NCBI RefSeq assembly: GCF_009914755.1
Contig: NC_060931.1
Strand: one strand, 5' to 3'
Source: the human T2T-CHM13v2.0 reference genome, Homo sapiens
Length of the DNA stretch: 64,000 bases
Part shown: one piece after another, positions 55,255-64,000 of the stretch
How positions within the stretch are numbered: the first letter of the stretch is position 1
Layout: each line of letters starts with the position of its first letter
Notes under the pieces: generated by a model
Databases searched by the model: none
Told to the model about the DNA's origin: nothing
Seen by the model: the letters and a program-made list of their open reading frames with translations, nothing else
Position numbers and translations under genes: made by a program

Positions 55255-55490
55255 TTTTGTAAGTTATGCACACGTAACAGTTATGGTTAGTATGTGTCAG
55301 ATGCCATTATAGGAGACTTTCATGTATTATCACATTTAATCCTCACCAAAGTCCTACCATAAATTTGGAAGTAGAATCACTGGAAGGTTATATAACTTGC
55401 TCAATATTGTTCAGATGGTGAATAGAAGATAACAGAATCCAAATTCAGCAGCATGCCTCCAGAGCACCTGATTTTACTCGCTGCTCCACA
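55255..55490 (-). mobile_element. MIR SINE
   Basis: tatgtgtcagatgcc...tttcatgtattatcacatttaatcctcac...aaggttatataacttgctcaa. Confidence 0.75.
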
Positions 55491-57084
55491 CTTCCTTTTT
55501 CATCTTCTTATTCATTTCACAAATACCAAAAACTTACAGTGCCTATGATACTGTAGTATGTGTTAATGGTATACCTAATCCTGGTCCTGGATAAACTCAT
55601 CATCTCATAAGCTCAATGGGGGTGTGAAGGTATTCAAGAGTAAGACACTGGCCTATGCACACATACAGAGCTGGGAGAGTGTGTGGTGTGTTAGGAGAAA
55701 TGTCAGTGGTTGTACATAATTGGGGCTTAGAGTATGAGAGAAGTGGAAAGATATATGACAGTAAGAGCTGCTTATTCCTGAAACTAGCCATTCAATACAA
55801 ACTATGAAATGGTAAGCAATGCTCTCTTTTGGCATTGCTATATTAAATTCCAATTATCCTAGAGGAGTAACCCCTCTAGAAAAACCATGTTGACTATTTC
55901 TTCTGTGATAGGTCCCTCATCCATGTCAGTCTCAAGGTATCTGCCCTTTGGGAAATCCCCTTCACAGTACTTCTCATAGTTTTTGGACACACATTGCTCT
56001 TTTCTATGAGACTTTCATGATTGAAGGACACGTGGTCATGTTTGTCTTTGGATCACCAGCAGAAAGGCCAAAGTGCCATGCAAGCACTTAGTTCTTTATT
56101 TTTACCCTCTCTAGCTTCTTGAATAACAGGGTATTTCCCCAGGTCTCAATTGCCTTGATTCAATCATCAAACATTGTTTTATCAAAAAGTATCTTTCATT
56201 CTTGATACTGGAATGCAATATCATTAATGAATAAAAGCATGGAATGCATTAGCTATTTCCCAGTCATGAAAAAATAAACAGTAAATATAAATAGAAGCCA
56301 CACAAATATGTACTGCCTGAAATAATGGTTTCTCTGAATTTAATAAGACTTTACTTTTCACTCTTTATATATAAAAATAAAGCAGTCTTGTCAAGTTATA
56401 ACTCAAATAAATATTTGTAAGAAAACTGAGGTTGTAGGTACTTCTCTAAAAGATTATCTCCTGGTACATCATTAACTAGTTTTCTCTCCTACTATTTATC
56501 GATTCCTAAACTGAGTACTCTACCCTAAATAATTGGTGTCATGAGAAAAACATGCTCCCCTGCATAACACTATTTGTTACATTGGAAAATACCAGTAAGA
56601 TGTCAAATAAATCCAAGTTTGCAATTTGAATTTACTTAACTTGTCTATCGGCCAAAATGATTGATTACATTTTCAGGTACCAAGAACAAATACAAATTTA
56701 AATTATCTTCTACCTTTCAGGTTTAATTTAACTTTTGTCTCTATTGTATTTATTAGACCATTAAAAATAATAGGACTAAGACTTTAAGTTCATTGTGTCG
56801 ACCATCTTCAAGAGATACGTATTAAGTTGTACAAGTCGTCCCTATGAAGCATCCCTCAGCAGATGTAAAGTGAGGAGCTAGTATCCTCCATCTGCAACAC
56901 ATCTTTCTTCTTTGTAGTCATATGGGAAGGTATTTATAAAACATTTCACAAGTTATCCTCTAAAATCCTCCCTCCCAACAATCTCTAAAGCTTGTATACC
57001 TAAGTTCCTGAGATGTGGGGAAGGTGCTCAAAAGCCAAGAGACCATTTTTAGCTAAAGCCTCAGAAAATGTGTGACTTTGGCAC

Positions 57085-57260
57085 TTAAAAAAAACTTTAT
57101 TGAGGTATAATTGATAAACAAAACCTTGTACATATTTAATGTATGTGAAACCTTGGTGAGTTTGAACATATGTATACACCTTGAACATGTGTATACATAT
57201 GATGAGTTTGAACATATGTATGTACCTGTGGCACAATCCCTACAATCATATACTAAATGT
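57085..57260 (-). mobile_element. L1MA 3' tip with local tandem duplications
   Basis: actttattgaggtataattgata...; ttgaacat(a/g)tgtat occurs three times. Confidence 0.7.
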
Positions 57261-57539
57261 ATCCAGTTTGAGGTGGTGGGTTTTGGCACTTCGGCATTTC
57301 TTTTTTTGAGGAGGAGGATGCTCTCTGTTGTATCTCGGCACCTCAGCAAACTTGCTTTGAACATTCCCATGTTTTCTGTTTTAGAAAGCTACATTTCCCA
57401 TTCCTTGGGAGTCTTGGGCCTCCTCTGAGTCTTCAGTGACGGGCAACAGAAACTGAGAGATGTGAAAAAGCTGAGAGATCAGAGCAAACCCAACTCAATT
57501 AGGAGACTCCCTCCTTTTTCAGCCCCCATACCTGATTAG

Positions 57540-57925
57540 TTAGCAAAGTTGAACATCCGTTTCTGGAACTTATTCCTCCAATCTGTTCCACCCGCCTCTA
57601 TCTAATTGTTATTGCCTTTCTTCAGGTCTTCAGCTGGATTGCTGACCATTTTGTCTTCCTCCAGCCTCAACCCTCCAAGCCATTTTAATTAGTTTTCAAA
57701 ATCATACACCTGGACTACCTCTTCGTTGCTTAAACATCCTTTAATAGCATCCCATTGTCTACTGTATGTACTTTAAACTTCTTCACAAATTAGTCTCTAA
57801 TTATATTGCCAGAATTATCTCTTGCCAGCTTTTTTCTGGTGTATGCTAATCTTCAGTGACATTGAATTGTAGTTTGCACACAGGGGTGACAGCAGGGCAC
57901 TTATTAAATAGTTGAAAATAAATAA
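57540..57925 (+). mobile_element. L2 fragment
   Basis: ttttcaaaatcatacacctggactacc...ttgcttaaacatcctttaatagcatcccattgtct. Confidence 0.5.
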
Positions 57926-57994
57926 AATCTCTTAAACTATAAAATTATACCACAATGGAAAAGTGCAGTAATATGCTAATTCATCTTAAAGAGA

Positions 57995-58570
57995 CAGCAA
58001 TCATTCCTAACACATGGGTCCATCATGCCTACAGACTAGCAGAGGAAGCAAATAATTACTGGCAGTGGTAATTGACTGATTCTCATCAGGTGATAGACTT
58101 GTTACTTAATGAAGGACATATGGAGTAGAGAAGTCAGGGATTGATCCACTGTGGAGCCTCTCGGTGCCATCATATCTAGTGGTAAACATAACTGGCCAAT
58201 TGTAGCAACAACTCACCAAGAGCTCTGATTTCTCAAGAATAGAGACCTGAGGAGTAGTGGAGAATTAGTGAACCTTAACAATGATTGATAGAGAAGGAAG
58301 ATGATAAACATATTTTTCCTGAGGAACTGATGTTGGTATAATCAAATAATCATATAAGCTGCAGGTATAATAGCTTACCCTACTAAAGTTCTTTTTGTAA
58401 GTTTCTTTCTTTTCTTTTCTTTTCTTTTCTTTCTTTCTTTCTTTCTCTCTGTCTTTCTCTTTCTTTCTTTTTTTCTATTTCTTTTGCTTGAGTGACTTCC
58501 AACTTAAAGAACCACTGACAGGCTAGATTAAATTTAACATGGATCAAAAGTGGATCTGAGTGATGCAAGG
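57995..58570 (+). mobile_element. ERVL internal 3' segment (dUTPase-like C-terminal half to near the PPT), with a (CTTT)n tract at about 58400-58485
   Basis: GSIMPTD*QRK and LAVVID align with recalled HERVL GLLLPLSQQAKK and LAGVIDPDYQ; ends ggatctgagtgatgcaagg. Confidence 0.6.
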
Positions 58571-58574
58571 CATT

Positions 58575-59100
58575 TACCTCCTCTACATCTAGGGCCTCAG
58601 CCATCATCACTATCGAATGGCTCACGGACTGTCTGATTCATGACTATCTCAGTTGTGTCTCACCTTACATAATTGTTGCCTTGGACCAAGGAACCTACTT
58701 TACTGCTGGGAAGTTAGATATAACAATGATCACATGACCAGATAATCCACTGGTTCTACCATATTTCCCAACTCCCAGAAGCTTCCAGCCTAGTAGAACA
58801 TTGTAATGTCTCCTTAAAGGCACTGTTGAGGTACTCGCTTGGGGACTGCATGCAATCAGTCAAGAACTACGGTGATTATGAGGTGTTATGTCCCTGATAA
58901 GTGGAAGACATGGGTCTGGAACCAAAGTGTGGAAGTAAGAGGAAATCTTCTCATTATTATTCCTTGTGATTCTCTTGGGACATTTGTGATTTCCTTTCTC
59001 ACAACTTTAGTTTTTACCAGCTTAGATATTGAGAGATGGATATGCTTCTACCAGGGAACATAGTAAAGGATCTTCTGAACTAAACTTAAGACTACAGCCT
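58575..59100 (+). pseudogene. pol: ERVL integrase core to start of dUTPase, degenerate
   Basis: ASAIITIEWLTDCLIH, IVALDQGTYFTA, IHWFYHISQLPEASSLVEHCNVSLK (compare HERVL SDQGTHFTA, IHWSYHVPHHPEAAGLIERWNGLLK); MLLPGNIVKDLLN. Confidence 0.85.
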
Positions 59101-59109
59101 GTTCTGAAT

Positions 59110-59890
59110 CACATCCATCTAATGTCCCCATCCTAGGTCTTAAGGCCCTGAATTTAGCACAGAAGACTAACAAAGACTTTGCAAATCCACTAATTTCACA
59201 ATCCTACCTGAAACCTAGATTTCAATGTATTCTGCCCTATGATTAAAAAGATAAAGGTCATGGTAAATGCTACCCAAAGACCTTCTGGTGTTCATACTGT
59301 TCCTTGAATTAGTAGTTGACTCACCTGAGTCTCTCACTTGTTTTTCTTCCCATGTTTCAATGACAGTTAACAACAACCAACTGCCTACACAAACCTTACC
59401 ATTACCATTGATGTCTCAAATACTAGAGGTATTATATAAGCAATGTATTTTCTTCTACTTTTATCTTCTACCTATATCTCAATGCAGATATATATAAAAG
59501 AGGCATGAGTGAACCTCTTAATAATTGTGATACTACATCATACCCACTTGCCATCAACAGTGCTGGCATCTCATCTTGATGATCTGACTAAGGGAAATTG
59601 GAGCTTAAACTAGCTACAAGGGCTATAGGAACAAGTATAGAATATATTCATTGTTGTCCCACTAAATAAGCAAGGAAGCAGGAGTATTTAAATACCAGCT
59701 CCTGAGAGTAATGGCTAAGGGATGCTCACAGGGAGCAATAATTCCCCTTTTTAGATTGCTGTATTCACTAGCAAAATGGACTTCAGAAATCAAAGAAGGC
59801 TCTCCAACAAAGAATGCAGGTGCTGGTAACTGGCCACTTTTCAGTGAATAGGGCAGGGTATATGGGCAGGGCACCAACAGCATCCACTAC
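59110..59890 (-). mobile_element. LTR67B-like LTR (about 59620-59890) plus ERVL 5' internal (leader/gag) fragment
   Basis: Minus strand begins gtagtggatgctgttggtgccctgcccatatacc...ccagcacctgcattctttg (LTR67B-like), followed by gctaaattcagggccttaagacctaggatggggacatt (ERVL gag-like). Confidence 0.55.
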
Positions 59891-60989
59891 TAGAGTCAAA
59901 CCTAGAAATGTTGAGGTTTTCAAGATATTCTTTGTCAGCTTCCCTCCCAGCAAAATCTTAACTTTCATTAACTCTGTTTTAAATTCCAAAATGATTCTTA
60001 GCATTTTCTTGATCCCTCAATGAAACAAATTGCTCCATATCTTTATACATGGCATGCACCAGAATGTCCTCCTCTGGTTCTCAGCCTAGGAAACCATTCA
60101 TCATTCAAGGGAATTTAGATTTTACCTCTTCCCAAAACATTATCTGTTTCCCTGGTTCTCTGTTACTAAGTTGCTCTCATCTTTTTACTTTCATAGACTG
60201 TTATGCTTATCCCTCTTATATTTCATATCATACTGTATTGTAACCAAGTGTGTCTTCCCAGTTATGCCAGTAGGTTTTTCATGGCCTTACTCCTTGTAGC
60301 TTAGCCTAAGGTCTGGTATATACTGAACAGTTATATTGTGAATTAAACACATCCCTTAACCTTAAGAAGTGTAGCTTTTCTCCACCGGTTTAAGTATCTT
60401 AATGAAAAGATGAGAAAGCAGGTCTGATCCACAAGCAAGCAAAAGTTAATTTTATTAGAAGTCATTTACCAACTCATCATCATATATTATGGCCATTTTT
60501 GAAAGAAATCAAATTATAAGAAAAATATAGAGAGAGAATTGGGTCTTTTTGAGAGAAAAATCTGCAAGCAAATTAAGTTCCAGACCAAATGTACTTGTGG
60601 GCTTGGTCTTTTAAATAAAAATATAATTAATTAAATTACTGCCTAGTACTGTTCCTATGTTTCGAATGGGAAGAGAATTACAAAGCATTGGCTTTCAAGT
60701 GCTCGTTAGCCTGGAATGTGAAATGTAGTTGTCATGTGTGGTAAAATAAGCAGAATTAAGCCTTGCTAAGGAAACGTTAGGTGAGAAATCGCTTCTCTAA
60801 CTGCCCAATTCTAAATATCAAAACCTTTACTTAAATGATCATTTGGGGTTTACCTATGTTCAGATATGTATCATTAAAAGTAGCTGAAGCTGGTCTTTAT
60901 AAGAAAGAAGTACAGAAACATCTGTAAGGGAAGTGAATCAGTGGGGAAAAAAGATACTCCCTGGCATATATTTTTAAATGGTGGATTGA

Positions 60990-61429
60990 TGTATTAGTCA
61001 GAGTTTTACAGAGAAATCAGACCATCAGGAAGTGTCTATACGTGTATGTGTGTGGAGCAAGGTAGTGCAGAGAGAGAGAAACAGAGATTTTAAGCAATTG
61101 GCTGACATCACTGTGGGGGCTTGGTAAATCCAACATTTGCAGGGTAGGCCAGCAGGCTGGAGCCCCAGGGAAAAGTTGAGCGTGAGTTTGAAGGCAGTCT
61201 GCTGGCAGAATTCCATCTTGCTCAGGGGAGGTGGTCTGTGTTCTATTAAGGATTTTAACTGATTGTATAAGACCCATGACATTATAGAGTAATCTGCTTT
61301 ACTCAGGTCCACTGATTTAAATGTTAATCTCATCCAACAAACACCTTCACAGAAACATCCAGAATAATGTGTGAACGAATCACTCAGCATCACAGCCCAG
61401 TCAAATTGATACTAAACTTCGGCATCACA
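60990..61429 (-). mobile_element. MLT2C-like ERVL solo LTR
   Basis: tgtattagtcagagttttacagagaa...taatctgctttactc..tccactgatttaaatgttaatctcatcc...catcaca. Confidence 0.88.
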
Positions 61430-62221
61430 ATTTTCCGTATCACTTTATCTCCTTTTTTTTCTGAACTCCGTTTAAATGGCAGCAATGTTTACACATAAAA
61501 GGAGAATGAGAAGAGAAGGACATGAAATCAGGAAGATGTAAATGGTTATAAGGGTACTGATGGACTCAACAAAGTGAAGGAAGTTAGAATCTAAAAATCC
61601 CTGCAGTGATATTGACAAGAAGTGAGCCAGTTTGCCCTGCAGAGCCCCGAGAAAATTGACCCACACCAATGCTGTACATGAGGGAGCTGACTCCTTGCAT
61701 TCCCTCGCCAGACAAACAACATGATCACAGGTCTATGGTTTATTTTCCGGAGTAATTAAACGGGAGCACTCCATAGTCAGGGATGTCAGGCTCACAGGTT
61801 ACAGCTCAGGGATAAAATAAGGGACGTTCAAGTCTGCATGCTGAATTGTGGGAGCTTTTCCTTTATCACAGCTGCTCCCACAACATTGATAGCCAGAAAC
61901 CTGCTCTGCATGTAGAATATTGAAGAAATCTTTACTGAGGAAAATAAAAAAAACTATTTCAGAGAAAAGATCTCTGATCATGAATATTTGGGAATCCCTT
62001 CATGAAAGGTTGTGGTGTGAGAGATCTAAATCTTCCTCTCCCAAGACACGAAGTGACTGGATAATTCCTAACCTTTATAAATCAAGAAATGAAGTATCAT
62101 TGAGACTCTTTAGAAGAAGGAACCAGAAGTATAAAGGGAAGTCCTTTCAGGGAAGAAGAATTAGGGGATGAGTAAGGAAATATTTGAGTTTTTTAGTACT
62201 ATGGGTCATGTCATGGAAGGA

Positions 62222-62930
62222 CACTGTCATCCAAATTATTACGATAGCCTCCTAACTAGTCTCTCCTCTTCACTGCTCACCCTATGAAGAAGTGAAGTGA
62301 AGAAACCAGAGCTCATTTAAAACATAGGTTGTAGCCCTCAGTTCCTCCTTTGATTCCCCAGCTCACTCATGTAACAGCCGATGTCCTGACAAGGCCCGAG
62401 GAGGCTGTGCAGGATTGCCCCTCCTCCCTCCCACAGCACACCCTCTCCTGGGCTTGTGTCCTACATTATCCCCAACTCTCCTACTATTTCCCCTTAACTC
62501 CAACCTACTGCACTACTTCCCATTTTTAAAACATGCCAGAAGCACTCCTTCCTGAGCGCCCTTTTAGAACATTTTCTCAGCACCTCCAAGAATGCACCTC
62601 CAAGAATGCTCACTCTAGATACTCTCCTAGCTCATCTCTTACCTCCTTCATATATTTGTTGAAATGTCACATTTCTCAGTATTCCTTGACCATCCTATTT
62701 AAAATTGCAACTATCATCCCCTGTTCCCATCCCCTAAAGTCCTTCTTTCTTCACTTTGCTTTTCTTTTAAGATCTGATAACCTGAGTATCTGAGCCCCAA
62801 ATAAATATAAGCTCAATTAGAATATGAGTTTTTATGTTTTTGTTTTGTTTATCATTTAATTTCCCAGTATCTAGAAAAATGCCTGACTTATAATAGGAAC
62901 TCAAATATTTATTTTAAAAATTAAATAAAT
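62222..62930 (+). mobile_element. L2a 3' end
   Basis: atagcctcctaactagtctc...ttccttgaccatcctatttaaaattgca...cccagtatctagaaaaatgcctgacttataataggaactcaaatattt. Confidence 0.8.
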
Positions 62931-64000
62931 TTAACACTTTAATCAGCGTTCATAAGATGCATTACTTTGATTTTAATAATAATGTTTTAAAAAGCAGAAA
63001 AATTAAATGGTTAAAAAATGACATTGCTGTAGACAACATATAATTTGGGTGTTCTAGGGAAGCATTTTTGTTATTTTAAAATTGAAATGGAAATTCTTTC
63101 AATTTTTAGAATACAACCAATACTTCAGGAAGTTATTGGTGGAACAGGGAGACATTTTTAAAGTAGCCACATTTGATTGGGAATATCTGAACTCGCACTA
63201 TGAAACGTGATAAAGAATTATGCATGACTGTATATGTACCACCTACACACATTCACATAACAAAACTAGTGCAGCTCGTTTCTAGAAACTAGCATATGTT
63301 GTTACAGTGCATCTGTTGAATTCCTCATTCATTTAGAATTATTAAGATCTGAAACCAAAATGACTAAAGGACGATGTTTTCATTTTGTTTTCTCACTGAG
63401 GCATGCTCCATAGTGTTCATATAACATTTAATCTACAATAAGATAGCTCCAATAAGTTAAAACTTTCCAAAATTCACACAAGTATCAATTTATACCTACC
63501 ATTGTGTGAAAAGCATAATTAAATTATTAACTTTATCAGTTGTAGATTTGTCACTCTATCTCTGTTTTAAATATATTACCAATTAACTGATGCTATATTA
63601 TACTAAAAAACAATCATGACTCTTCAAAAAGGAAAAGGATATTTAGTACAGCCACCTGTTAGGAGAAGAATGTCTTTGTAGGCTACAGTTCTCATCAGTG
63701 AATGCCATCTTTGGACAACTTGCTTCTACTGTGAGCTGCAACAATGGGATGGGGAATATAGGCTTTCCTGGCTTGTGACATTAAGTGATTTCTTAGTCTG
63801 AAATCCTCTAAAGTTATTGCTTCTATAATGTTTCCTATGTCATATTGTGAAATGTAGCCCTCTGTGTTGTAGTTCAAAAATTTGCAATTAATCACCAGGT
63901 ATGGATTCCACAATTGTTGCTTCATCCCTTAGTTGGAAAAGAGTGAGGCAAGTTTTCCTTCCAGCTTCATATCCTTTTCATTAATGAAGGAACTTGAGTC

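Noticed and set aside
57150-57230. Three spaced repeats superficially like a CRISPR array
   Set aside because: Eukaryotic L1 3' tip with local slippage duplications; no unique spacers and no cas genes.
60350-60960. Unique AT-rich block with homeobox/TEAD-like words as a possible enhancer
   Set aside because: Short motifs are at chance frequency and conservation cannot be judged from the sequence alone.

Overview
Primate (human-like) genomic DNA that is AT-rich, CpG-poor and dominated by transposable elements. I find no credible host protein-coding gene. The long ORFs in the track are decayed L1/ERV fragments or chance frames. Main contents: a rearranged L1PA7-like element (1-2879, -); a tailless 5S rRNA retropseudogene; an LTR16/ERVL remnant; AluY/AluS/AluJ copies; a full-length dead L1PA12-like element (13296-19614); an internally deleted ERV1 provirus with MER66/MER41-type LTRs (22456-26912) nested in an L1MB; two MaLR proviruses, one a three-LTR MSTA/Alu/THE1 chimera; a scrambled ERVL remnant; and many MIR/L2/L1M/DNA-transposon fossils. 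I see no evidence of a new multi-gene system. The most interesting signals are structural or regulatory: a 3' LTR keeping two tandem STAT (GAS) motifs plus a TATA box that the 5' LTR has lost, an 86-bp termini-only LTR12 nested in that LTR, two unexplained hairpins, and several chimeric or permuted retroelements. Subfamily names come from recalled consensus sequences and need RepeatMasker/Dfam confirmation.
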